Part shown: piece after piece, positions 7,482-17,911 of the stretch
Position numbering within the stretch: position 1 is the stretch's first letter
Layout of the letters: each line of letters opens with the position of its first letter
Virus genome (UHGV): UHGV-2169520
Strand: one strand, 5' to 3'
Source: a virus
DNA: 32,664 nucleotides
Program-made: the position numbers and the translations under genes
The notes under the pieces: generated by a model
Database searches by the model: none
The model's input: the letters and a program-made list of their open reading frames with translations, nothing else
What the model was told of the DNA's origin: nothing

Positions 7482-10400
7482 TATACGGGTCGCCTTCAGC
7501 GCTGTTGACAGGCTGACCCGTCCCACCGAAAACGCCCGTCGCATGATGGGCCAGCTTGGCGACTCCATACAGAGAACGCAGGGTGCGATCAAAAACCTGG
7601 AACGCCACGCCCGTTCATTTGATCGCGCCCGCGAGGCTGCAAACAAGGCCGGAAACGGCATTGTCAGGGCGCAACGCCAGTTAAGCGCACTTCAGCAAAT
7701 TCAGCGCGCCGGAACCGTGCTGTCTGACAAACAGAAAAAGCTGATGAATGATTTGAGCCTCAAACTTGAGCGTCTCAATGAGGTCCGTGCGCGTGAAGTT
7801 CAGCGAATGCGCGAACTGGGTGGTGAGCTGCGGCGCCACGGTATTGCGCTTTCCGGCAGTGACAACACCATTCAACAGGCCATACGGCGAACACAGCAAT
7901 ACAACGACCAGCTGGAACGCGAACGGCAGGCGCTGGCACGTGTCACGCAGGCACGCCAGCAATATTCCCGTGCTCAGGAGACGGCGGGAAAACTTAAAAC
8001 GGTCGGACTTACGGCGGTTGGTACGGCGGCGGCAGGCGGCTATGCGGCCGGACGTTTCCTGCAACCGGCGGTCAGTTTTGGTAAGGAGATGTCGCGCGTC
8101 CAGGCGCTGACCCGTATTGACAAAAACAGTCCGCAGTTTAAGGCGCTGCGCGAACAGGCCATTAAGCTGGGCTCTGAAACGCAGTTTACCGCCGGTGATG
8201 CTGCCAGCGGTCAGGCGTTCCTTGCCATGGCCGGCTTCACACCACAGGCCATACAGGCGGCGCTACCCGGCGTGCTTGATCTGGCAATGGCTGCAGGGAT
8301 GGACCTGGGACAGACTGCCGATATCAGTTCGAATATCCTCACACAGTTTGGTCTGTCCGCTGACCAGATGGATCGCGTGGGTGACACGCTGGCCGCCACC
8401 TTCACACGAACCAATACGGATCTCCGTTCGCTGGGTGAAACCATGAAGTACACGGGGCCGGTTGCAGCTTCACTTGGCCTGTCCCTTGAACAGGCGGCAG
8501 CCATGACGGGTGTCCTTGGCAGTGTGGGGATCCGTGGAAGTGATGCAGGTACGGCGCTGCGTGCCAGTCTGTCACGTCTGGTTGATCCGCCGAAGGCCGC
8601 TGCAATGGCACTGAAAGAGCTTGGCGTGGAGACGCAGGATGCTTACGGGAACATGCGCCGGATGGAAAATATCCTGAATGAGCTGTACCAGGCCACCCGA
8701 AAATACGGTAATGCCGCGCAGGTCTCCTTTTTCAGGGCTATTGCCGGGCAGGAGTCCTATGTTTCCCTGATGAATCTTGTCACTGCGGCGGGGGAAAATA
8801 ATCTTCCCCGTCTTACGCAGGAGATTGAACTGGCCACCGGGGAACTTAATCAGACTGCCCGTGTTATGGCTGATAACCTGGACGGTGACCTGAAATCACT
8901 GAACAGCGCATGGGAAGGACTGCGTATCCGTGTCGCTGACCTCGTTGACGGGCCGCTGCGTTCTGTCACGCAGTCGTTCACCCGGGTTATTGCGAAAGTC
9001 ACCGCGCTGGCTCAGGCGCACCCTGAACTGACAAAACAACTGCTGATTGCCGGTGGTGTACTGCTGGCTGCGGTTGCGGCCATGGGGGCGCTGTCACTTG
9101 CCACTGGTGTGTTGATGGGGCCGCTGGCAAAACTGCGTCTTGGGTTTGCCCTGCTGACCGGCACATCCGGCCTCGGTCGTGCGCTGCCGTTACTGACGCA
9201 GCTGCGCGGCGTACTCGGTGGTCCGCTGGGCGGTATCGGTGGCTGGCGCGTGCTGTTTGTCGGTATCACCTCCGGTGCCGGACGGTTTGCTGCACTGCTG
9301 GGCGTAGTTGCGGGGCGGCTTCGTGGTGTGCAGGCGGGACTTGGCGCGCTGCGTGGTGGTCTGCTGGCTGCGTTCACTTCACCTGGCGGCGCACTGATTT
9401 CACTGGGGCGCGGTATCGGAATACTGGCGCTCAGACTGTCAGGTCTGCCCGCACTGTGGGGGATGGTGAGTGGTGCGGTGGGCGCACTTGGCGGGGCGCT
9501 GGGTTTTCTGTTAAGTCCGGTGGGCCTTGTGGTGGCGACACTGGTCGGTGCGGCAGTGCTTATCTGGCGGCACTGGGACCATTGTTTGAGTATGTCGGGC
9601 AGACAATCGGGCGTGTGTGGCAGTGGTTCGTGGATTTGTTCGCGCCGGTAAGCACAACAAAGGATGAGCTGGACAAGTGCACGGAAGCCGGGCGGACGTT
9701 CGGGCAGAAGGTCGGGGAGTTTATCAGCAATCTGGTGACCGGTCCGGTTACGCTGCTGATTGACTCATTAACCCGGGTGCTGGAAAAACTCGGGCTGATT
9801 CCGTCAGCGGTTGAGCGCGCCCGGAAAAAAGCGGAAGAACTAAAACAGAAGGAGTTGCTGAACGAGAAAGCTGCCATGCTTCTGGCGGATGTTAACGTCA
9901 TTAATCCGCCGAAAAAGGACGAGGATAAAAAAGACGGCGAAAAACCCAAAGGGGGGCAACCACCCCTGACGGGGGAGAATACCGGCACTATGCGCCGCCT
10001 GAACAAAATCGTCGATAACACCGGTGGTCTGCTGGATGAGGCGAAACAGGCGAAAAAACGCGCTGGTCCCGGCGATATTATCTTTAAAAACCTGCCGGAA
10101 GCGCTGGCCGTTCGTGGTGAGTGGAAGGAGGAACGCTTTAACCGCGCAGCTTCCCTGTTACCGGGTAGTGTCAGTGAGCCACCTGTCAGACTGCCGCAGG
10201 TGCCGTCGGTCAGTGTGCCTTCGTTGCCACCGCTGCCAGCGCCACCGCCTGTCAGTGTTTCGCCGCTGATATCCACCACGGCGAACGTGTCGCCGGTCGT
10301 GAAGCCGGTGGTGTCCGTGAATAATGTGCCGGTTATTCCTCCGGTCGTCCGTCCGGTACTGTCCGGTAATATTACGCCAGTGGTTCCGCCGGTGATCAAA

Positions 10401-10694
10401 CCGGTTATGACTCACGATGTCATGCCGACGTTCTCCCCGCTAATGACACCAGTGATGGCGGCAACATCCCGTCCGGTGGTTGAGGCTGTGCGCCAGCCCA
10501 TATCCCCCGCATCGCCCCGACCGCGCCAGAGTGAGGCGGCACCATGGGGATTAACTGGCGAACTGCATATTCACCTGCATGATGTTCACACGCAAAACCC
10601 GCGCGAACTGGCAAAAATGGTGGGTGATGCCGTCCGTGCGGAAATGGAACGCCGTATCCGCCAGACAGTCGGTAGTTTCCGTGACAGAGATTAG
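7468..10694 (+). CDS. T: Tail tape measure protein; reading frame broken near 9566-9572 (possible pseudogene or sequencing indel)
   Basis: P2 gpT-like coiled N-terminal half and Gly/Ala/Leu-rich segment; two overlapping ORFs (7432-9651 frame 1, 9456-10694 frame 3); protein sense switches at ..AAVLIW / ALGPLFEYVGQ. Confidence 0.85.
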
Positions 10695-10705
10695 GAGTAC
10701 CTCGC

Positions 10706-11194
10706 ATGATGATGATTTACGGCATGTTTGTTTTTGAGTTGCGTACGCTGCCTCATCAACAACTGCAACATAATAAAACCTGGCGCCACGTTAAAAATGA
10801 ACGCATCAATCGTTCGGCCAGCTGGCAGTATATCGGGGCGGGTGACGACCAGATCACGTTGTCCGGTGTGCTTTATCCCGAAATTACCGGCGGTGAGGTT
10901 TCCCTCAGCCTTTTAACGACGCAGGCTTACACTGGTCGCCCATGGCCGCTGATTGACGGTGTGGGGCAGATATACGGCATGTATGTGATAACGGCTGTCC
11001 GCACAACGCGAAGCGAACTTGACCGCCACGGTAAGGCCAAAAAAATTGAGTTCACTGTCAGTCTGGAACGCTGTGATGAGGATTTGCGGGAGAGTATGGC
11101 CTCGTCGCCGGTGTCTGATATGCTTTCGGGAATGAAAGGGAAGTTAAGTTCGGTCTGGAATACCACAGTAAGCGGCGTAAATGATCTGATGTGA
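10706..11194 (+). CDS. U: Tail protein U
   Basis: MMMIYGMFVFELRTLPHQQLQ.. matches P2 gpU; SD AGGAG upstream. Confidence 0.9.
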   Translation: MMMIYGMFVFELRTLPHQQLQHNKTWRHVKNERINRSASWQYIGAGDDQITLSGVLYPEITGGEVSLSLLTTQAYTGRPWPLIDGVGQIYGMYVITAVRTTRSELDRHGKAKKIEFTVSLERCDEDLRESMASSPVSDMLSGMKGKLSSVWNTTVSGVNDLM

Positions 11195-11264
11195 AGGTAA
11201 TGTGCCGCATTCTTGCGGCACCTGCATGATGAATTATTTATGAATGCCCGTTCCTTTTCCCCGC

Positions 11265-11876
11265 TCATTCCATTTCTGGTGGTGTTTCCGGCCAGCTTAT
11301 TTCAGGCTCCGTGCTGATATCCAGTGCGTTCAGCTCGTCGATATAATCCAGCACGGCATTCAGTTTTGCCGTTTCTTCTGGTGTCAGACTGCGACCTGCC
11401 CGCAACTTAAGGTTGATGAGGTCGATGGACTTCATCGCCTGATCCACCCGTTCCTTGCGTTGCTGTCTGGCAACCTCCAGCTCTTCGGCTTGCTGCCGTT
11501 CTGTATCGGTTACCCACGCCTCACCGTTCCAGGTATCCCATGGTGTGGCAGGCTGTTTTGTCGTTGTCCCTTCCGGGTAGTCACCTGGTTGGGTAATCTG
11601 GACCGGATTACCGTTCTCTGTGCTGTATACCGTCTCTCCACGATGATCGGGGACATACTCCCACCCGTCCAGCGTGGACGTCCGGCAAATCACGTAACCC
11701 GGCATTGCCTCTGGCGGGGCATCGGCGCATGAATGTGCCGGGGTACCCACCCCCAGGGCGAGATACTCCACAGAGGATGAGGTGTATTCCCGGGTTTCCT
11801 CATCATAGTGATATACAGTGATATCGCCTGCGAAAGTGGCGATACCGTTTTCATCCAGAACTGCAGTGTTACTCAT
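11265..11876 (-). CDS. G: Tail fibre assembly protein
   Basis: P2 gpG-like; start overlaps H stop (TAATG). Confidence 0.85.
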   Translation of the reverse strand: MSNTAVLDENGIATFAGDITVYHYDEETREYTSSSVEYLALGVGTPAHSCADAPPEAMPGYVICRTSTLDGWEYVPDHRGETVYSTENGNPVQITQPGDYPEGTTTKQPATPWDTWNGEAWVTDTERQQAEELEVARQQRKERVDQAMKSIDLINLKLRAGRSLTPEETAKLNAVLDYIDELNALDISTEPEISWPETPPEME

Positions 11877-14119
11877 TAAACTGCCCTCACAATATAATTA
11901 AAAGCGATATTGCGCGGTCTGATCGCTATCCATCTGTCTTTTTCATTACTCACCAGCTTACCGGCTCTGGCTATTGCCCATCTGTCAACTGGTTTTGTGC
12001 CGTACAGGATGCCGTTACCGGTTCTGGGTTGATCAGGGGTTATGTTTATGATGTCGTTATCATGTGATGCAAATGAAATCCCTGCCTGAATATCTGCACC
12101 TCCCGCTACGCCGTGGTACGCCTGTATGGCGGTACAAATATATGTTGCTTCCTGTGTGGATAACAATAAGCGTCCCCTGTCAATCATTCGCAGGNNNNNN
12201 NNNNCATCCCATCCACGAATAAATTCCCCGCGCAAATCTGGTAGCCTGAGGTCAGGGTAGGCCACCGCCAGTTTTGGGTATTTTGTACGCGTGAATGCGG
12301 CACCGTTGCACTGTAACCACCCCTCAGGTGGTCTTGACGAAGGCCACGGAACGGGTACGCCAACTGGCAGCGTCGAGCCTTCTCCTAAACCAAAGTAATC
12401 AAGAATATCTTTTATGCTTTGTTTACCCATGATGACGCGGGCAACAGACGAAAAAACAGGGGCGTCTGTGATCTGAGCCCAGCGATGAGTGTGGGCTGCC
12501 GAGGCTTTGCTGTTGGCAAGGTCATACGCAGCTTTAACAGCTTTTGGTGTGGCCGCCAGCGTTTCGGAATTGCTGTTTGTGGCGCTGCTTAGCTGTACGA
12601 TGCCTTTGCGTCCGGTGGTTGCATCCTGTCCTGTATACTTGCTCGTCAGCATATCGTGTAAGGCTTTAACCGCTTTGGGGGTGGCGGCCTCAGTCTCTGA
12701 CTCACTGTTTGTGGCACTGCTCAGCTGTACGGTGCCTTTTGCCGTCAGCGAGGCTGATGGCACNNNNNNNNNNNNNNNNNNNNNNNNNNNNNNNNNNNNN
12801 NNNNNNNNNNNNNNNNNNNNNNNNNNNNNNNNNNNNNNNNNNNNNNNTGTGGCCGCCAGCGTTTCGGAATTGCTGTTTGTATCGCTGCTCAGCTGTACGA
12901 TGCCTTTGCGTCCAGTTGTTGCATCTGTGTTTGTCACCTCCACCCACTCTGACCATGGGCCGTTACCGTTAAAGTTTCCGGTAACTGTCCTGATAAATTT
13001 TCGTGGCGGATCCCAGCTCGTGTATTCATGCTGGCAGAATCCCCATGCACCAACACGGATGCGTAACTCTCCTGCCTTCTCTACAGGATAGTTTCTGTCT
13101 GTTCTCGCACCTGAGTCACTCTGCTGGTAATAATCTCCCGCGTCTTCCTTACGCCCCAGAGTGTTCAGGTCTGTTTCCCCCAGGGATGTTGTTGGCTTCA
13201 CGAACGCCATGCTCAGTGCATCACTTACTGCCTTCGGTGTGGCCGCCAGTGTTTCGGAATTGCTGTTTGTGGCGCTGCTCAGCTGTACGATGCCTTTGCG
13301 TCCGGTGGTTGCATCCTGTCCTGTATACTTGCTCGTCACCATATCGTGTAAGGCTTTAACCGCTTTGGGGGTGGCCGCCTCAGTCTCTGACTCACTGTTT
13401 GTGGCACTGCTCAGCTGTACGGTGCCTTTTGCCGTCAGCGAGGCTGATGGCACACCAGTTATCTGATTCCACGGGTGGGTGTGGCTGGCGGGTGCTTTAC
13501 CGGCTGCAAGGTCATATGCAGCCTTGACGGCCTTCGGTGTGGCGGCCAGTGTTTCAGAGGTGCTGTTTGTGGCGCTGCTCAGTTGGGTGAATCCTTTTTC
13601 TGTCAGTGTCGCGTCAGGGTGGTTACGGGAACGTGCGTGTTCCGCTATTTTCTCATCAATGTAGTCCGTGGTCGGCAGAATTGTTGTTGTGTCCATGACC
13701 AGTTCCACCACGGCGTCGGAGGTGACGGTGATTACTGCACGGAATATCTGCGCCCGCCCTGAACCTTCCTCTCTGGTGGGCTTGTAACTTTCAGCGGTAT
13801 TTCCTACTGCAATCATTGTACCTGTATCATCAAACACACCAATTTCACGCACCCAGAATCCGCCGGTTTCAGGAGGAATGACCAGTTCGGCGATGAGGCG
13901 GTTCGGGTTCTCCGGGTCGGTGAAGACGCGGTTGACAGACTGGCGCCAAACCTCATTGTAAAGCGATGTCTGGTTTTTCTGCGGCTGACGAAGCTCTCCA
14001 TTGCCGTCCCCTACAGCCATGTGCGTAAGGCGTACAGGTCTACCGCCAGGCGCCGTTGTTGCGGCCAGCTTTGCCAGCCCGATGTCGGTGATAAGGGTTC
14101 TGAATTTTCTCGTGCTCAT
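11876..14119 (-). CDS. H: Tail fibre protein; interrupted by two N gaps, internal repeats
   Basis: N-terminus MSTRKFRTLITDIGLAKLAA.. matches P2 gpH; repeated ..ATTGRKGIVQLSSATNSNSETLAATPKAVK.. blocks; C-terminal PDLRGEFIRGWD motif; N runs 12195-12204 and 12764-12847. Confidence 0.85.
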   Translation of the reverse strand: MSTRKFRTLITDIGLAKLAATTAPGGRPVRLTHMAVGDGNGELRQPQKNQTSLYNEVWRQSVNRVFTDPENPNRLIAELVIPPETGGFWVREIGVFDDTGTMIAVGNTAESYKPTREEGSGRAQIFRAVITVTSDAVVELVMDTTTILPTTDYIDEKIAEHARSRNHPDATLTEKGFTQLSSATNSTSETLAATPKAVKAAYDLAAGKAPASHTHPWNQITGVPSASLTAKGTVQLSSATNSESETEAATPKAVKALHDMVTSKYTGQDATTGRKGIVQLSSATNSNSETLAATPKAVSDALSMAFVKPTTSLGETDLNTLGRKEDAGDYYQQSDSGARTDRNYPVEKAGELRIRVGAWGFCQHEYTSWDPPRKFIRTVTGNFNGNGPWSEWVEVTNTDATTGRKGIVQLSSDTNSNSETLAATXXXXXXXXXXXXXXXXXXXXXXXXXXXXVPSASLTAKGTVQLSSATNSESETEAATPKAVKALHDMLTSKYTGQDATTGRKGIVQLSSATNSNSETLAATPKAVKAAYDLANSKASAAHTHRWAQITDAPVFSSVARVIMGKQSIKDILDYFGLGEGSTLPVGVPVPWPSSRPPEGWLQCNGAAFTRTKYPKLAVAYPDLRLPDLRGEFIRGWDXXXXLRMIDRGRLLLSTQEATYICTAIQAYHGVAGGADIQAGISFASHDNDIINITPDQPRTGNGILYGTKPVDRWAIARAGKLVSNEKDRWIAIRPRNIAFNYIVRAV
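12195..12204. other. Assembly gap (10 N) inside tail fibre gene H
   Basis: Run of N. Confidence 0.95.
12764..12847. other. Assembly gap (84 N) inside tail fibre gene H, within the repeated block
   Basis: Run of N flanked by near-identical repeat copies. Confidence 0.95.
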
Positions 14120-14122
14120 GGT

Positions 14123-14686
14123 TCAGTCTTCCGGGTAAATGGTGATGATGTCGCCGTCGTAACCTGCGGCAGCGGCGTAAATGGCACCGTGTATTTCCTG
14201 GATGATACTAAGCCCCACGAGGTGGCGGCTGACGGGGCGCGCATCGGCAATCAGACGCTCCATTTCTTCATGCAGCTCTTCACTTACTCCGGTTTCAAGT
14301 GTGCCAATCTCAATGGTGAAGGTCCCGGGCGAGCCGTCAAACTCCCACCATTCTGATACACGGATGAGGTAGCCCAGTGGTTCAACGATGCGGCGGAGTG
14401 CACTGATGGTCCCTTTGTGGCGATGTATCATCCATGCGTCCCGAATCACCTGTCGCCTGGTCTCTTCCGGCCAGTTGCGGTCCCAGCTGTCAACGGAACA
14501 TGCCCATGCAAGGTAGGGCAGGAGGTGAGCAGGGCAGCGGTCCGGCGACCACAGGGTGTCGGCGTCCACCGGTATGGTACTGATGCGTACTCCTGTCGCC
14601 TCTGTGGCGCGCATGAATGGCCCTGCGGACGGTGGAAGCAGTGATGTACTGTGCTGTGCGCTGTCTGTTTTTTTCCTGTCACTCAT
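14123..14686 (-). CDS. I: Baseplate protein I
   Basis: P2 gpI-like; start set at ATG 14686 (SD GGAGG, overlaps J stop). Confidence 0.8.
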   Translation of the reverse strand: MSDRKKTDSAQHSTSLLPPSAGPFMRATEATGVRISTIPVDADTLWSPDRCPAHLLPYLAWACSVDSWDRNWPEETRRQVIRDAWMIHRHKGTISALRRIVEPLGYLIRVSEWWEFDGSPGTFTIEIGTLETGVSEELHEEMERLIADARPVSRHLVGLSIIQEIHGAIYAAAAGYDGDIITIYPED

Positions 14687-15575
14687 TGCGTCCTCCTTCG
14701 CTGATGCTGAATGTGGTACATCTGGCTGCCTGAGTGTCACTGATGGTGATGTTCTGCGTGGGTTTTATGACCTCAACGCGCTGGACACCGTGAACATGCA
14801 GCGCTGCAGTGATGGCTGACAGGGCCACGTCCTGACCGATACGGCCCTGGTCTGCCAGCCATGCACGGAAAGCGGCGTCAGCGGCCGCAAGCATGGGTTC
14901 AGACTCCGGCCCTGGATAAAAATACAGCTTCGCTTCCATTACCCAGTTCACGATGGTAGCACTCTGCACAGTCAGGCGGTCGGCAACCGGGCGCACGTTC
15001 TCGGCATTCAGGGCGGTGCGCACCGTGTTCAGTAACGCCTCACCGGCGGTGCCGTCACCGTCTGCTGACAGGATGGAGACGGTGACTGTGGCCGGTGACG
15101 GGCTGATGGCGCGCGCATCACGGACAAGACCGCTTGCGCTCCGGGCAAAATACTCATACGCGCCGGACGGTCCGGCCACACTCAGGCCGTCCCAGGCTGA
15201 CTGGGCACGCAGACGCAGCGATGTGTCGCTTTCCATCACTGCTTCCGTGGTATCAGTGGCCGGATGAATGACCAGGCGGCGGGTGTTGTTGTTGGCGGCC
15301 AGATTGTCCAGGTCACTGCCCCGGCTGTGGCTGAGCATGCAGGCGCGGGCGGCTTCATTGATGCGCTGGCGAAGCAGCATTTCACGAAAGGCCATGGCCT
15401 GGGAAATGATGTTCAATGGCTCGGATTCCAGAGTAAGGGCACGGGTGACGGCGGCGCGGTATTCTTCCGGGAAGGAGCTCACCATCATGGTTTTAATGTC
15501 TGCCAGGATGGACTCAAAATCCGGCTGCGCGATGATGGCCGGTTCCGGTAACTGTGACAGGTCAACGGAAGGCAT
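14679..15575 (-). CDS. J: Baseplate protein J
   Basis: P2 gpJ-like over full length; SD GAGGGAG. Confidence 0.9.
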   Translation of the reverse strand: MPSVDLSQLPEPAIIAQPDFESILADIKTMMVSSFPEEYRAAVTRALTLESEPLNIISQAMAFREMLLRQRINEAARACMLSHSRGSDLDNLAANNNTRRLVIHPATDTTEAVMESDTSLRLRAQSAWDGLSVAGPSGAYEYFARSASGLVRDARAISPSPATVTVSILSADGDGTAGEALLNTVRTALNAENVRPVADRLTVQSATIVNWVMEAKLYFYPGPESEPMLAAADAAFRAWLADQGRIGQDVALSAITAALHVHGVQRVEVIKPTQNITISDTQAARCTTFSISEGGRNE

Positions 15576-15578
15576 GAT

Positions 15579-15929
15579 TTACTCCCTCAGGGTGATACTG
15601 AATGTGATGTTCTGCATGGTTTCGGTGATGATGCCGGATAACGTCACCACGGCGCGTCCGCCAGCCCGCCAGTTCACATCGACGTTCTGCAGTGCTATAC
15701 GGGGTTCATGGCGCGCCAGCGCAGTCACCGTGGCGCTCATGCACTGTAAACGCGTGGTGTCGTTCATGGGCTCGTCGATGAGGTCCGGTAACAGGCTGCC
15801 GTATTCGCGGCGCATCACCCGGCTGCCTGGCGGTGTGGTCAGGATATCCCGCACGCTGTTTTTCAGGTGTTCGCTGTCGCTCAGCGTGCCGGTTCCCTGC
15901 GGGTTCATCCCCCTGTAAACAGCGGTCAT
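15579..15929 (-). CDS. W: Baseplate wedge protein W
   Basis: P2 gpW-like; start set at ATG 15929 (ATGA overlap with V stop; SD GGGAGG). Confidence 0.85.
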   Translation of the reverse strand: MTAVYRGMNPQGTGTLSDSEHLKNSVRDILTTPPGSRVMRREYGSLLPDLIDEPMNDTTRLQCMSATVTALARHEPRIALQNVDVNWRAGGRAVVTLSGIITETMQNITFSITLRE

Positions 15930-16507
15930 TGCGGGCCTCCCGTGGTGCCCGGGCCCGTCCTGACGCCACCGTGGGTGTGCGTATGAACGGTGATACCGTT
16001 GGATGTCAGGCTGCCGCCGCTGTGGGATATGCTGCCGCGCATCTCGCCGCCGTTCTGCACCTCCAGGGTGGCGGTGATAAGTTTGCGGGTACACACCACC
16101 TCCGACGTGTCCAGGGTGATGCGCGTGTCGGCCTGAATGCTGGCTGTTTTAATCCCCTTAACCTCCAGTGCACCGGCGTCTGCATCGTAGCGGAATACCG
16201 CACCGTCCGGTGCTGTCATGATGATTTCCTTCAGTGTGCTGCCCGGTGCCGGGATATCATCGCTCCAGAGGCTGCCGATGATTATCGCGGTTTCGGGATT
16301 ACCACCGATACAGACGAACGCCACCTGTTCACCGGTGGCTGGCGGCACCCAGACACTGAACGCGCCCGCCCGCGCGGTGCTCCAGCGAAGCCAGCCTGTC
16401 TCCAGTCCGCCACTGCGCACCCGGACCTCCCAGGTCTGCGGGTTCACGTCGAAAATCACGCCGGTTCTGATGATGTTGCTGATAAGGCGCATTAATTCCG
16501 CGTTCAT
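15926..16507 (-). CDS. V: Baseplate spike protein V
   Basis: P2 gpV-like; ATGA overlap with upstream S. Confidence 0.9.
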   Translation of the reverse strand: MNAELMRLISNIIRTGVIFDVNPQTWEVRVRSGGLETGWLRWSTARAGAFSVWVPPATGEQVAFVCIGGNPETAIIIGSLWSDDIPAPGSTLKEIIMTAPDGAVFRYDADAGALEVKGIKTASIQADTRITLDTSEVVCTRKLITATLEVQNGGEMRGSISHSGGSLTSNGITVHTHTHGGVRTGPGTTGGPQ

Positions 16508-17109
16508 GCCACAGCCCTCGCGATATTGTCCATAATGATACGCTGAATAAGTCGTTCATCTGCCGGTGTTATTCCAAGAAGTTCACGGGCCGGATAATCC
16601 GTATACATCCCTGCGGCCACCCGGTCGCGCTCCCCGAACTGGTGAACGCGGGCAATGCGTGCCGCCACGCCGCTGTAGCCCACCGTCACGCCTGATGCGT
16701 CCGCCTTCACTTTCAGATAACGGGCCGTGCGCAGCTTCGCAAACATCGGCACCGTTTTTGTGGTGTCACGGTTGATGCGGCGTGTCCTGATTTCAAGGAA
16801 ACGGAGGATATCACTCCGGTAAAAGGTACGTATGCCGCTCCGGTCTTCATCCCAGCCGGTGATGGTCTGGCCGTATTTTCCTGAACCGTGATGCCAGTTT
16901 TTCAGGGTGCGGTTCTGGTTTTGCCAGATAAAGCTGATGCGCTCCTGAAGGCGTGATATACGGCGTTTACGGCGTGTCCACACCGAACCGTCCGGCGCTT
17001 TCTGGGCGCGCATCCGGCTCTGGTTCACGCGCCGCAGCTCCTTACCCACATGCGCGGCAATGCGCTTCACTGCCTGCGGGCTGGTTGCCAGCCGGATATT
17101 GACAAACAT
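16504..17109 (-). CDS. S: Tail completion / virion morphogenesis protein S
   Basis: Position between R and V; start chosen at ATG 17109 with SD AAGGA; exact start uncertain. Confidence 0.7.
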   Translation of the reverse strand: MFVNIRLATSPQAVKRIAAHVGKELRRVNQSRMRAQKAPDGSVWTRRKRRISRLQERISFIWQNQNRTLKNWHHGSGKYGQTITGWDEDRSGIRTFYRSDILRFLEIRTRRINRDTTKTVPMFAKLRTARYLKVKADASGVTVGYSGVAARIARVHQFGERDRVAAGMYTDYPARELLGITPADERLIQRIIMDNIARAVA

Positions 17110-17175
17110 GTTACTCATTCCTTCAGCGGGAACGAGGTTACGGTATCTCAGTTTCCCCATAACATTCTCCGCGTG

Positions 17176-17640
17176 TTATCCGGTGACAATGTTCCACGTC
17201 ACATCCTCCAGAATGTGTGACCAGTCGCCGTCCTGCGGGATGCGTGATTTCGGCTCCGGTAGATGTTCTGTCATGAGGGTGCCGTCATCCCTGCGGGTGA
17301 CGCGCACGCGTTCACGTAACGGCAGCTCAAACAGCACGTCCGCGCTGTCGTCGTCGTTAATGGCCGCCGTGAACTGAATATCGTTGTTGCGCTCAGGATT
17401 AAGCAGCAACTGCGGCTGGTTCTCTGCCAGCCAGACAATCAGTGGAAGCGTCAGGTTGTCCAGATCGCCCGTGTAGTCCATCACGAACATCACCAGCCGG
17501 TAGTTGTACACGAACGTCGGCGTCTCGCCGGTGGTCTCTATCCCGCCACGTTCAATGAACACGGTGAACTTTTCCGGGTTGGCCCTGCACCACCGGCACG
17601 CTGTACTCATGTGTGTGCTCAGGGATTTACTTTTCAGCAT
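17176..17640 (-). CDS. R: Tail completion protein R
   Basis: MLKSKSLSTH.. resembles P2 gpR MLKPDSL..; start at ATG 17640. Confidence 0.8.
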   Translation of the reverse strand: MLKSKSLSTHMSTACRWCRANPEKFTVFIERGGIETTGETPTFVYNYRLVMFVMDYTGDLDNLTLPLIVWLAENQPQLLLNPERNNDIQFTAAINDDDSADVLFELPLRERVRVTRRDDGTLMTEHLPEPKSRIPQDGDWSHILEDVTWNIVTG

Positions 17641-17911
17641 GCGCCTCTCCGTTCTGTCGGTTGAGTCTCCGGCGCTCCATCGCCTCAATGGCCCGTTTGT
17701 CTGCGTTGCAGGTTTCCAGTGCATCCAGGAGGCTGTCGCTCCATATCCCGATATTTCCCCAGGTGGGGTGTTCAGGGAAGGGCGGGGGCCGTGTTCCCGT
17801 CGTCAGTCCCGCCGGAATGAACCGGAAGGAGGGCGCGGGCAGTGGCGCGTTTCGTGTGTTCGCGCAGCCGGTCAGTAAAACGGTGGTCAGGAAGAGTGCC
17901 GGCGCACTCAT
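17627..17911 (-). CDS. lysC: Outer-membrane spanin (Rz1/LysC-like lipoprotein)
   Basis: Lipobox LTGC after hydrophobic leader; Pro-rich; starts inside lysB in another frame and extends past it. Confidence 0.75.
   Translation of the reverse strand: MSAPALFLTTVLLTGCANTRNAPLPAPSFRFIPAGLTTGTRPPPFPEHPTWGNIGIWSDSLLDALETCNADKRAIEAMERRRLNRQNGEAHAEK

Noticed and set aside
9560-10399. Long antisense ORFs inside phage genes (e.g. 9560-10399 minus, 12489-13091 plus, 15268-15918 plus, 15833-16495 plus, 19965-20522 plus)
   Set aside because: They lie opposite well-supported P2-type genes in GC-rich sequence, lack RBS context and have low-complexity Arg/Pro/Gly-rich translations typical of frame artefacts.
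12764-12847. N runs as biological features
   Set aside because: Runs of N are assembly gaps; frame continuity across them cannot be trusted.
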